From Kudoa neothunni (Eukaryota > Animalia > Cnidaria): 64,000 nucleotides of DNA. Location: positions 2,406,787-2,470,786 of the forward strand of contig OZ199840.1 of NCBI GenBank assembly GCA_964304625.1. The letters run 5' to 3'. Position 1 is the first letter of the stretch, and every line of letters starts with the position of its first letter. Positions 28,545-40,887 of this stretch are shown here, piece after piece. Under the pieces are notes generated by a model that saw nothing but the letters and a program-made list of their open reading frames with translations, had not been told where the DNA came from and made no database searches. Both the position numbers and the translations under genes were made by a program.

Positions 28545-29597
28545 GGCTAAAGTCCAATATCTGTATACGCGTTCGGTCAAAAAAATACACAATCGTTAAA
28601 AGTCGGAATCAAATTTAAATTAATTGTATCCTCATAACTAGTTTAAATAATGTGCTTAATTCAATGCCACGATATTTTTTACGAAACATAAAATCGGATA
28701 CATAATCACAGACTCCATCTGGTGTTTTATTTGTGGCATTTCTATAGTGCCTTTTGAAAGCTCCACATCGCTTCTATTTTGTTTGTATGGACACCTTCAT
28801 TTGAGACGAACCGGCGGTTGTAAATAAAATTTCCATGCGTGAAGCCTAAATCTTTCAAACGGTTGTATCCACGCCAGCCATCAGTCAAGATTATCGTCCC
28901 TTCTTCCATATTATCTAGAATAATCTTCTCAAGAACTTCCCTGTTTCTATATTGGGATATTTTCAAGAAAAAAATTCCCTTCTTCGTCAATCCCACCGAT
29001 TATCCAATATTTCTGGTTTTTTAACATGCGCCCAACATTATATTTTCTTTTTGTAGTGGCGGTCCCATCAATTTTCACCATTTTACCGGGCCCTCCTATT
29101 TTTTGAAAATCTTTGTCTAATTTCAAGGCCATCAAATCCCAAATAATGGTTCTCCACTCAAATAGTAGATGATAATGAAATCGAAAGATTTCTTTTGATA
29201 GATTCGTAGGTTAAATTTGGTTCGTTTATTGTACAAACCATAAATAGAAACAATTTCCATAAAGGAAGTTTTGAAGATTCAAATATGATTCCAGTTTTAA
29301 TTGACGTCCTTTTTTTACATATTATACATTTATTTTGGAATCCATCACTAGCATCATTCCTCGAAATTATTGCCAAACTTCCACCACAAGGACATTTAGA
29401 ATGTGAATTTATCAACCCAAGAGATTTAACGTTCTTTAAGTAATATGATAGATCATCTCGAAAATAACTATATTCCATGAATGTAATTTTATCAATGTCC
29501 TCAAAAGTGAATATTTTCTTGAAATTATTCATTGCGCTAACGTGGACGAAGTGTGCCGATAATCCGCGACCCCGGACACAGATATTGGACTTTAGCC
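28545..29597 (-). mobile_element. Merlin DNA transposon, 1053 bp
   Basis: Perfect 20-bp TIRs GGCTAAAGTCCAATATCTGT and an exact 8-bp TSD AAAAAAGT (28537-28544 / 29598-29605). Confidence 0.93.
28621..29532 (-). pseudogene. Merlin transposase, frameshifted
   Basis: Zn ribbon (KCPCG...KCIICK), IGGPGKMVKIDG, KRKYNVGR, ILTDGWRGY and VHTNKIEAMW, spread across several frames. Confidence 0.88.
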
Positions 29598-30749
29598 AAA
29601 AAAGTTCCTCTATCCACAATGCGAGCGAGGATCACGCGATGAGAACCTAATCAAATTTGGGGTTGTGTAAAGAATTGTCAAACGCCGCTGTATGTGAAAA
29701 TTTCTGAATAATATTTGTATGCTCCAACTTTTCAAATAATGATATAAATGATCGTAAAAAATTAATTAAAAATAAGCACAGCATCATAACAAATTTTAAG
29801 TAGCCGGTAAGTATATTATTACCGCCACGTCCATGAGATTAACCACTTAATGTTAATCCTATAAATGTACTTGTGTTGTTAATGAATGAAATTTTAATGC
29901 TCTGATAATCCCTTTTAACGTGAGAGATTATTGGGAATCGATACTAATTTTCCGCGATGATGTAATCGACAAATTTCGTATTATTCGATTTATCTAACAT
30001 TTTTGGGGCATAAAATCCAACTGTACTAAATTTTCATTAATTCATTATTTATTATCAAACGAAGTTATAATTTTTGAATCTATCAAAATCTTCACCAGAC
30101 TCGTAAAAATCACTCAAGGAGATCATTTGATTCATCCGGCGCAATTCTTTCAGTGTCAGAAGAATAAAAATCACTGGCACAAAGAGAATCTTACATTGTT
30201 ACAATGACACATATAATGGATATGCTGAATATAAGATTAGTATTAACGAATGTAAGAATAATCCGCTTAAGTTTGCATGCGGATTAAAATCTTAAAAAAC
30301 CTTTTTATTAACGATAAGCAACATTAGAAAACTCATAAAATGAAATTACATGCAATTGCAGATTGAAAGGAATAACTTCGAGTTAAAAACGAAAGTTTTA
30401 AGGAGCGCGAATTGTAGAGACCATGCTTATCTACAAAGGATCAATGAATTCAATGATCTCGTTCATCTGCGGAACATTGAAAATTAATCTATTTACTGAC
30501 AATACGATTTAATCTGATAATACCCACGCATGCGCGTCGTAAATTTAAAAATTAAACTATAACGTGTATTTAAATTTTATTAATAATTTTATAAAATAGA
30601 TACTAACACAAATTCGATTTATTTATAGATTCGACAGATATTAAGTTTTTCAGAATATTATTTTCTGTAAACTAAACTACTCAATAGAATAGAACTGCCA
30701 AAGTGATCATAATTTAAGTGAATTTTTGTTGTGGTTATTAACTCTAATT

Positions 30750-31880
30750 TAATTTTATCAATTTTTGGCTCATTCTTCGGTTAACAAATTAACTCTCAAA
30801 GGAGCATGTTCGGGTAGTTGTGTATGTACTGTTGTGACCCTCTTGGGATACGATTTTAATTCATTATATAGGTTTTCTTATCCAAAAACCTCTAATTTTC
30901 AATATCATATAAATTAAAATTATGAAATACTTCGAAAAATAACTTAAATTATCGTCTGATTCTTTAAAAAAATGGTAAGATCATCAGAATTTTCCCATAC
31001 AATCATACAAGTATATGGAATATAAAACCTAACTCAAAAGGCATCAACCAAGTGTACTATGTAGCTTTAACGTGGAAGATAGTTCAAAAATTAATGAAAT
31101 TTAATTTTGATAACCATGATAATATAGCATGAACAAAAGAATCACCACAAGTACATGATTTTCAACCATCCTTCGTTAATGTCATTTTTCAAGAGGTTTA
31201 TTATTACAAACTGAACGGGTTTTCCTATACACATACATGTATGTTATTAATTAAACTGGTTTTCATGTAAACGTAAGGATCTGATTTAGTATAGAGACAA
31301 TCTTAAGCCAACATTTTAGAGGGGATTATAATGGTATTAACATGTATTATTTTATTAATCCGATATTATAATATGGATTAAGCGCCTCATGAACTTGGGT
31401 GTAGTAAATCCCAAACCACGTTTAAATCTTTAAGGTTAGCCTTATGACGTCTACGCAAGGGCATCCTTGGATTCCACAGACCTACACTGTTTAATATGAT
31501 AGATCTATATCAGTAGTCAATCAGAAACAAAGTAGCGATGTTATAAAATATTGCAACATAGAAAAATAGATAACCCACTTATATATTCTATATTTAGTTC
31601 GAATTTCTATTAACGCAATTCATGTTCTTCGTCGAATCCATACCGCATACGCTTTCTCCGCATTGGAAATGTCAGTTTACATCACCTTATATTGTCTTCT
31701 AGGCGAGCGAGTAACCACGGAGTATATGGCTCTAAAATTCAACATGGTTGCAAGTTGCCCACATCCCCAATTTCACTCAATGATAACTTATCATAATTTT
31801 CAAGATTATGATTAGAAAATAGAACCAAAAATGAAAAAATAATATTCTCGCCAATCCATAAGTTGTGTCCATCCTGAAGT
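30750..31880 (-). pseudogene. Possible decayed hAT (Buster-like) transposase fragment
   Basis: TDISNAEKAYAVWIR (~31650) resembles STDvsn.aQL.vfvRY; the other matches are weak. Confidence 0.25.
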
Positions 31881-32988
31881 GTCATGGATTATGTTTACGT
31901 ATTAACCCATAATGGTGACCTTCTGGCGCCCCCGATTTAGTGACCTTGGGCTCTACGAGCCTACCCAGATTAATTTCTATCCTTTATTGGATTATATTTT
32001 AAGCTGTATTTACTTAGTTTGATACGTTATAGCGCGATATAAATTACACGACACATAAATAATTTATTTTTGCGAACATTCAAACAGATTAACCCATAGT
32101 GGTGTTCCGTTCCCTTTTTGGGCACTGTCTTCACATCTCTCTATAACTGACAATAATTTGTTTAATAATGTAATTCTAGGACATATGATTTACATATATA
32201 ATTTCTATCTTATACCGAAATATTAATTAAGGATATTTTACATTGCGCCAGATACTGTCCTATATTACCCCTGTAATGTGACACCATACAAATAGAACAG
32301 GAATTCCACTTGACTGTTATTTAAAGATATTATATTTTCAGTATATAATAATACATGAACAAAAGTTTAATATAAGTGAAAATGAAACAAAAGGTATGAG
32401 TGCTACAAATAATTATCAAAATAAAACGGCGCTGAAAAGGGCACGATAAATCGCCAACGTGCGATTTCTCAATTAATCTTTTTGTTGATCTCGCAGTAAA
32501 AATTACAAGATGAAGCACAGAAACTTAGCTGATATTATTGAAAATATTGATAGCTTACCAAATACAATTGATTTTATGGTAATATCCCAAATCTTATGGA
32601 TACATTGACTGATGAAGAATAAGAATTATCCTCTGATACTACGACAACATTGATATTGGAGCTGTTCCCGATATAATTGGCGAAATAGAAATCTTCGTTA
32701 ACCTTGATAATGATGAAAATATCGAAAATGGCGTAGCATTATTTTATAAAATCATCCCCTGTTGCATTCATCCACGAACGCAATAAATGAAGAAATGACA
32801 ACCCATAGTACAGACAACATCTATAATTATTACTCAGACATGTATGAGTCGTATGAAAATTTTCTTGAATTTTTTGACGAAAACTTGTTATTACGTATCG
32901 TAAAAAAAATTTGTTCACCAAACAAAAGAACAACCATAAATTTCATTTGACGATAAAGGAACTCAAATGTTTCGTCGGAATTTAATTA

Positions 32989-34378
32989 TAGGGTTTCCCG
33001 ATCTAACTCGGCACTTTTGCATTCAAACTCGGCGCGTCGCAATGTAATCAAACACATTCTTTTAATAACACGCAAAAAAGTACAGTTTAATACTCAAACC
33101 CATAATTATTATCATCACTGTTATTTATTCTAATATAAACTCTCTTCGAGAAGACCTTGTGATATAGCCAAGCATTTTTCGATAGAACCCATCACAATGT
33201 GTATATGTTATTTCGTCGAAACATTCAACAATAGCTAATTTCAGCTCTTTCTCGTCTTTACACTGTCTCCTTATTACTAAGTTTTTCCAGACAGAAAAAA
33301 CGTTCTCAATAGGGTTGAGAAAGGGTGAATATGGAGGCAGGTATTTTACGACTAGATTTTCCGCATCAATTATGTCGTGAAGACCTCTATAGTGATGGAT
33401 TTTTGCGTTATCCATAATAAATATTAGATCAAGGATCCCATTATTAAAACAGCTAGTTTTAAGCTCCAGCAAGCAAGCTTTAAAGTCTTCGCCGGTTACA
33501 GCCGTATCATGTATTTTATTATAAATTACTTGGTTTTTATTGACTGCAGCAACCACAGAAATGTTCCTACTTCTAGCGGCCGACACAAAACAATACGCTC
33601 ACTTGCCTCTCAATGAGCGTCCTCTCTTGGGTCGGATAACTACAGAAAATCCCACTTCGTCCAAAAATATCAGGCTTTCATGCATTGACGTGATTTCTAG
33701 TTCTCGAAACATTTCCGCATATCGGAACCGCTTTTCTATTGTTGTAGAACAATTCCTTCTTTCAGGAACCCTTGCAACAGACTTGAGAGTGTTATGGAAT
33801 TCTCCGATTACTCTATCGACTGTACTGAGGGATACGGTAACTCCAAATTCGTCCTGGAGCTTTTGTTTTAATTCTTTTAAAGAGATTAATGAGTTTTCAT
33901 CAATCCAACTGATTATTTTTTCTTTCTGATCAATCGAAAGAAGTGATCGTTTGTCTCCCCCTCTGGGTTTTGGATCAAGAGTACCATTGCTTCTAAACTT
34001 AGACAATATCGACCAAACCGTGGATCTCGGTAACCTCATTTCCGAAGCGATATAACTATCCGTTTTTCCATCCAAGCAAAAATTGCACATTTGCTCCCTT
34101 AAATTGGCAGAGATGATTTTTCTTTGTTTCCTTTTAGGTTGCGTATTTGATGTCAATCTAGCCGAATCAAATTGTTCTGAAACTATACATTCTGAGTCAC
34201 TTGAAACTTCGCACATATTTAAATTCAATTAAATTAACAAAAATTTGTTCAAAATCAATTCGCAGCGTTAATCGAGAATGCGCGTTGAAACCTATATCTT
34301 GATTGTATAAGTGCCGAGTTTGATTGCAAAAGTGCCATGTTGGATTGCAAAAGTGCCGAGTTAGATCGGGAAACCCTA
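32989..34378 (-). mobile_element. Tc1/IS630-like DNA transposon inserted in piggyBac B
   Basis: TIR TAGGGTTTCCCGATCTAACTCGGCACTTTTGCA with TA TSD, and 21-bp subterminal tandem repeats. The flanks rejoin the piggyBac reading ELKCFVGI.L|LTGYNRL. Confidence 0.95.
33125..34216 (-). pseudogene. Tc1/IS630 DD34E transposase with a single in-frame TGA (33599-33601)
   Basis: HTH (IASEMRLPRSTVWSIL), FLDEVGF, MDNAKIH and YSPFLNPIE, with 34 residues between the second D and E. The two ORF-track entries are in the same frame: RGK*AYCFVSAARSRN. Confidence 0.9.
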
Positions 34379-36463
34379 TATTAACGGGATATAATAGATT
34401 ATCCCAGAAAGGTATGTAATGAGGTTCTACTATAGTCGGCGGCGTTTAATTAACGAAAAAGTCAGTGTCATAGAGTAGATTAAAATTAATAAAAATATAT
34501 CTATATTTTAACGACAATTCAGAGTTGGTTAAAATGATGAACTTTTCAAAGTAAGACCATTATTTGAAAAAAATGAACAATAATCTTAAAAAAATTTATT
34601 TTTTTCATAACGTTGAAATTTTCGAGCATATGATACCATACACAGGCCATCATATCTGCAAAATGTACATGAAAGGGAAACCGGTTCGTTGTTGCCTACA
34701 GAAATGGGTTTTAGCATCTTTAATGGTTATATTTACAGCTTTAATGTGTACTCCCGTAGGTTAGAATCGAATTGAAAATGTTTTGGTTTAAATGGTAATG
34801 TTGTGTTAATATTAATTAAAGAACTTGATGAAAGAAGTGATGTTCATGTTTTTTTGATAATTTTTTCATCTCATAAATTAATGGCTGAAATTAATAAGAG
34901 AGATGCAAATGCCATGGGAATAGTAAGGTTGGAGCGGACATTTAAATGCCCATCGATAGATCCTAAGGTAATAGAAAAGAAACCTAGAGGTTTTTATGAG
35001 ACCTACGAAGATTTTTTAGCCGAGATAATTGATGTTTATTGGAACGATCGTAACTAACTGACTTTCTCAGAAATATGTTTCCTGTTGAGCTGGCTCAACA
35101 TCCAAAACGTTATTGTTAAATCAGAAAGTGTTATGTGACGATAGACTAGGCATATGTCCTCATATATGTGTAACAAGCATATGGGAGGAATTGACATTAC
35201 GGAAAGTAATATATCCGGTTATAGAGTGAAAATTCGTTCCAAAAAGTGGTAGTAACCCTTGTTTACGAATATTATCTCAATCGCAGCGGTCATTTCCTGC
35301 AAATGGCTATATTATAAGAATAAATGCAGCATAAAACTATTGACTCATATTAGGAGCATTGTGGCCAGTATGATCCAAACCGACTGCACTGCAAAAAATT
35401 ATTAGATCATCACTAGAAAATATTCATGCTGCTTTTTTTTTATTGCCTAACCATGAGAGCCAATCCATTGAAAAAATGCACAAATGCGCCATTTGTATAA
35501 AATACTATCTATTTGTGTCTAATGTGCAAAAACTACATACATATCAAATTCTCAAAGATTTATCATAAACCGTAATATTTTGTCGTATTAATTATATATT
35601 ATTGTATTTTTCCTCTGCATAAACATCCTAGCGTTAAATTAGAGAAGTGCACGTCGGTCTTTTATCGTGCCCTTTTCAGAACTTTTGTATTTTGAATTAT
35701 TTTCAAACTTCCCAAATGATTCTAGAAGAAATATTTTACCCTTTATCATTAATAATTATGCTCTGTTTGCAGTTTAAATTTTTTAAACATTTAGATATGA
35801 AAATCGCTACGGATTAATGTTTTTATTGAGTGCTCATTGTATATACTGTTGTTGCACATCTGGCATACTTGTTTCCCCCCTTGTGGTACGCGCAGGCCAT
35901 AAATTACATCGTTTCCGAAAGTTTATATTGTTAGATTCTGTAAAGGACGTATTATTCCCATTGAACTTAAACCTAACTATTTCGGGAGAACGTTTGAACG
36001 CGGGTCAACATTCAGCTTTTTTGTTTTCAGCATTTTTCTTCTGATGGCTTTCAATCAGAGAAGCGGATAAGTCCGATAAAAATTCTTGTTGGCTATTAAT
36101 TTCATCTTTCAGATATTTCGGATTTCTTTGATAAGACACAATAAATGAATTGAAGGTAGCAACACGAATAATTTGCCAGTAGGGAGTTGATTTGAGAAAT
36201 TCGAACCTGATATTGATACATTATTGCGTAACTGTGAGATTAACTTTTAAATAAAATAAAGCACATTGTGATGGTCATAATCCTTTTTTGTTGAATATTG
36301 GCTTTAAATAAAAAATTTCGAATTCATTGAGAATTAGCAACTAGATGTAAAATAAAATTTTAACAATTTACGTAAAAAAATAAACTTTACAAAACATTTT
36401 TTGAATGAATTATGCTCAATTTACTACTCATTCGGGCTTATGGAGCCCAAGGTTACCTATTAA

Positions 36464-39400
36464 CCCTCCCGGGACGAAGGGGGTGCATTATGCACCCCAA
36501 TTTTGTTATTATCAAAAATTTCCCTTTTTACACGTTAAGAATCTGATTCATATTTTGTCAAATCTCACAATTTTATTAATATTTTTATCTTATAAATTTA
36601 AAATAGATCATTTGAAAGAAATTGGTTTAATATGACTTGTTAAAATGACGCAGGTTATCCTTTACCTTCAAAAATTATAAATAATGATAAGTGTTGGTTA
36701 CTACATCGTATAAAATTTATTTTTACATATAAAGCACTAATTAAATTAAAATGAAATACGTAGAAAACCTAAGAAATCATATTTATAACTTATACCGAAT
36801 TAGCCCGATGGACTATAGGATTATTTTCAAAAATCCACGAGCGGTAACGTTGTCATTTCGGATCTACAGATGCATTTACGTTTGTATGAAAATTTGTTAA
36901 TATTTAATTTTTTGATAAAGTTATGATATCAGAAAATAGTTCAGACGATCTTATTGGAGATTTTAATAATAATGAATATGCTGACTGTGACCTAGAATTT
37001 GAAGGTCGCAGTTCTGATGAATCTTCATATGATGATTTTATTGAATATTCTGAAATTTCAGATGACTCAAAAGTCGACGGTGATGAAATATTACAAGGAA
37101 TAACGACTAGTAAACCAGGTTTCCAGTGGAAATATGGCTGCAAATCAAGAAAACGAACGAGGTGCCACAATCATGTTATCGATAAGCCTGGTCCCATAGG
37201 AAATTCAGTAAATATTTCGTCAATTTTATCTTCGTTCCAGCTGTTTTTTTCTGATTCTGTGTTAGAAAAAATTTTATTCTTCACGAATAAGTACAGGCAA
37301 TCAAATAATCAGTATAAACATACAAATGCAATAACGATGGAAGAATTAATGGCCTTCCTTGGTGTTATGATTGCGTCTAGTCGTTGTAATGGATCAAGAA
37401 TGCCCCTCAAACTCCTCTGGGAAACTCACCCCTATTTAAGCAGCCTTTTTTTCAGCTGCAATATCGAGGGACCGATTCACCCTGATTTATCGGACTATCC
37501 GATTTGATGACAAATCGAGGAGAACACCAAGAACCGATAGCTCATATGAAAAACTAGAACCTATCCGTGAGATTTTCGAGGAAATCAATATATCTTTTCG
37601 GGAAAATTTTTCACCCGGTTTACATATAACCATTGATGAACGAATGGTAGGTTTCCGAGGTAAGTGTCCATTCCGTGTCTACATAAAGAATAAACCCGTA
37701 CGTTTTGGTATGAAACTTTGGGTTGCAGTCGATGTTGACACCTCATATTTGCTGAATGTGCAACCGTACATAGGAAGGATGGGCAACGTACGCTAGACTA
37801 AACAAGGGGAAAGGGTTGTCAAAGACCTCAGACTCTGTTTTTTGGTTCTGGGCGAGGATTGACAACTGACAATTTTGTCACCTCCGTGCGCTTGGCACTA
37901 TTTTTACTACAGAAAAATATTACACTTACTGGAACTTTGAGAAGAAACAACAGATATATACCTGATATTCTTCGAGATATGACGAATCGTGATGAGCTAT
38001 CATCGAGATTTTGCTTCTCTGAAGACGTGACATTAGTGTCATATACTCCCAAGAAAAATCGTAATGTTTTTCTATTGTCGACTGAAATCCATGACAGTTC
38101 GATCGAACCATCGGAAAGAAAACGCCCCGAAATTATTCCAAATTATAATCAGACCAAAGGGGGCGTTGACAATGGCGATCGAATGGCGCGACAATACAGC
38201 TGTGCTCGGACAACAAGAAGGTGGCCATTCAGGTTGTTTAGGGACCTTATTGATAGAACAACATTGAATTCTTATATTTTATGGATGTCGAGGTTCCCAG
38301 ACTGGCGATCAAGTGATCGAAGTCGGCGCCAATATTTTCTTCGGGAGCTGGCAACTGAATTAGTTAAACCGAATGTTTTGAGTCGTCAAAGTTTAGGACA
38401 TACTTATCACTCTCATATTAAATTTGGATTCAACATATTTGACAAATACATCAAGGACGGTCAAACATCTATTTCTAATGAAGAAACTTTAATCCCAGTA
38501 CAGTCAAGATGTGCGCTTTGTCCAAGGAATATTGACAGGAAGTCCAGAGTTTCATGCTACACATGCAAGAAGGCAGTGTGCCATTCGCATCGAATTCAAA
38601 AAAAAGTTATACAATGTCTTAGTTGTAATATGGAATCAAACTAATGTTCAAAAAGTAGTCCAATTTTAACAGGTTTTTTAAATTATGAAATATTTTTTAG
38701 TTCAAAAGTCCATTTATGTATGGTATTCATCTCCTCGAGAATATAATGAAAATTACACAATGAATATATCATGTTTTAGTTAAAATTGTAATAGCTAACT
38801 TACAAATTTTTTTAATTGGAATATTTATTTTCGTGCGTTCGATGCTGCTTTGAAAATTCAACTGAACCCATTAATAATAATAAATAATATAATAAGTTTT
38901 GAAAGCTACAAGTGAAAATAAATCCTAAAATACTTAACTCATATCGTTAAGATTGATATTTATACATGAAATTAATTTATTCTATTCAATCATCAGTATT
39001 TATCTATATTACATTTCGTTTTTACCAAGTTATAGAATCGAAAACTACAACGCAACGATGATTATTAGGTGAGAAATAATTCCCTGATAATTTAATCTCA
39101 TTATCCATATATTGGATTAACGAGAATAATCGGTAGTTTACATAAACCTGGATGGCTCGACTCTCGATATAGATGTGAAAAAAACACTGAAGCCGAGAGC
39201 TGAATCTTCTAAGAATTTGTAGAGAGCTTTATTGTTTTATTGAATACGTTTCGCTTGAATATTACGTTGATCCATCGTTTCTTTAATGGATCGTTCTTAT
39301 TTGTTAAATGTGTTTTTTTTCTATAGAGCTATACAATTTTGACTTCTGGGTGGATCTTTTTAATATGTAAATAATTTTTAATCAAATTAAACGGTGTATT

Positions 39401-39496
39401 GCATCAATAAAGCGTAATAACATGAAAATTTTCTGGGGTGCATAATGCACCCCCTTCGTCCCCCGCGTTAGTTTTTTGAGCTCCGTCTTCCGAGGG
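36464..39496 (+). mobile_element. Full-length piggyBac 'C', 3033 bp
   Basis: TTAA|CCCTCCCGGGACG ... CGTCTTCCGAGGG|TTAA ends, with the internal IR GGGACGAAGGGGGTGCATTATGCACCCC at both ends and asymmetric spacers. Confidence 0.95.
36923..38644 (+). pseudogene. piggyBac (PGBD4-like) transposase with frameshifts and a TAG
   Basis: Acidic N-terminus, TIDERMVGFRGKCPFRVY, TTDNFVTS, YNQTKGGVDNGD, RRWP and a C-terminal CRD. Lesions near 37450, 37795 and 37830. Confidence 0.92.
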
Positions 39497-39933
39497 TTAA
39501 GGGTTATCTTATTTTTGATGTTTTGTTCAATTGATTTGTCACAAACTTAGATTTTAATTTAATTTTTTGCCTCAAAGTCATTTTTGGTTTAAATGTATTA
39601 AATTACATATTTTATTATTTTCATGGCATTCATTAAGTTTATATATTCTTTCGATAAAATTTGAATGTGTTTGAAATATGTATTTCGGCAAAACAGTGTA
39701 AATTCAACCTATATTCTTTTCAATATCTTAATACCTTTTAAAATTTTACATAAAAACTTTGTAAAATATATTAAAAGTTAAACTTTTGTTTTTTAATTCT
39801 CAAAAAGTATGGAAGATTAAAAAACACTGATTTCTTCCTGATTAGATATAGTTCTTATAAAAGCTGCATAGGATCTAATAACCTTTTAGCAAACTTTTTA
39901 TAACAATTTTTTCACGGCAAATCGATCGTTTAA

Positions 39934-40887
39934 TTTATCCTAATATATAAAGTAGTAGTGTCGGTGTGTGTGCGTGCAAACTATATTCTTATACAGAGAC
40001 TTTTATAAACTTTTTCCCAACTATCGATACTTATAAAAATGTATTTAAGATTCAAAAAGTAAAATAATTTTAATATACCCTAAATTGATGGTTATTTTAG
40101 ATGTATACATTTTAAGGGCAGATTAACAAACGCAATAGTCGGATTATCTGTGGTTAATCTATTTACCTAATCAACGATTGGAAACTATTTATTGAATAAT
40201 ATAGTTTTCAGAATATACATTTTTCCGTTTTTGGTTTTATTAATATCTATCCCACTATATAAAGTAGTAAAGTCCGTGTGTGTACGCACAAATCATCTCC
40301 TTATACAGAGACTTTTTGAACTATTTGAGTTCCTTAGTATACTTTCAAAAATCCAAAACTAACTACAAAAATACAAGGGGGTTGTCTTCTTTCTTATAAA
40401 GTGGTGAATTTGTAATGTAAACTTTTTGTAAACAGATTAGCTATGACAATAATATTACTTGATCATGTGATTCACTAAAATGTTCAAGAATATGCGTATA
40501 TGATTTTAATTTATGTTATTTAAATACACCTGAAACTTTAACTTTACTCTTTTTACACTTTAAACCAAGTTAACAAGTTATACAACATTCGTTGATGCGT
40601 AGGCGGGACTCGGTGTAAACGAAGATTTGTTGTTAAACGGAAGATTAATAGGCCATACGAGTTGCAAGAACCTATGATTCCTAAATTAAAATAGAGTCCA
40701 ATAAAGAAGAAAATGAAGATAATCAGATTATCAGATTATAGCTGTTTATTTCGATCAAGACTACTATAGGAAGGACGATAAAACAATTATAATTGATTCA
40801 TAACATAAAAATGACCTTGGCCTATTCTAGGTCAAAGTCAGCGTGGTCGGACAAGGAAACCCAAGCGAGGCGGGGTTTTTGCGCTAG
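39934..40887 (+). mobile_element. Helitron-derived segment with two 5' ends and one 3' end
   Basis: The 5' motif (T)(T/C)TATCC..TATATAAAGTAGTA..GTC.GTGTGTGT occurs at 39934 and 40246. A hairpin-like CCCAAGCGAGGCGGGG is followed by CTAG at 40884-40887. Confidence 0.7.

Larger units (their letters stand above)
23908..29823 (-). mobile_element. Older Merlin-like element with ~130-bp TIRs, hosting a piggyBac and a younger Merlin
   Basis: The left TIR (GGCTATGGTATACTTACCGGTTAC..., interrupted at 23965-26136 and resuming to about 26200) is the inverted copy of 29700-29823. Degenerate TSD ctcccgtc/gccacgtc. An internal Merlin transposase relic lies at about 27200-28130. Confidence 0.65.
20850..30300 (-). 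mobile_element. Highly decayed hAT transposase relic split by later Helitron and Merlin insertions
   Basis: Fragments occur in hAT order: GLTLSG (~29850), DRTSIPSK (~23800), AFSHNL (~22090), ETRF (~21895), and dimerization-like LATAQCSCFRLFC (~21080). All are weak by-eye matches. Confidence 0.35.
32093..35813 (+). mobile_element. piggyBac 'B' (PGBD2/3-like relic)
   Basis: TTAA|CCCATAGTG ... CGCTACGGA|TTAA ends, plus subterminal inverted repeats (CTGAAAAGGGCACGATAAA at ~32433 and ~35660). Relic motifs ELKCFVGI, MIPYTGHHICKMYMKGKPVR and NKHMGGID. Confidence 0.78.
31906..39503 (-). mobile_element. Internally deleted piggyBac 'A' (about 0.84 kb of own sequence) hosting two other piggyBacs
   Basis: The left end is TTAA|CCCATAATGGTGACCTT with internal repeat GTGACCTTGGGCTC. 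The right end GAGCCCAAGGTTACCTATTAAGGG is restored when element C is removed. A CRD remnant (RKRCNL...VCQMCNNSIYNEHS...IC) is restored when element B is removed. Confidence 0.8.
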
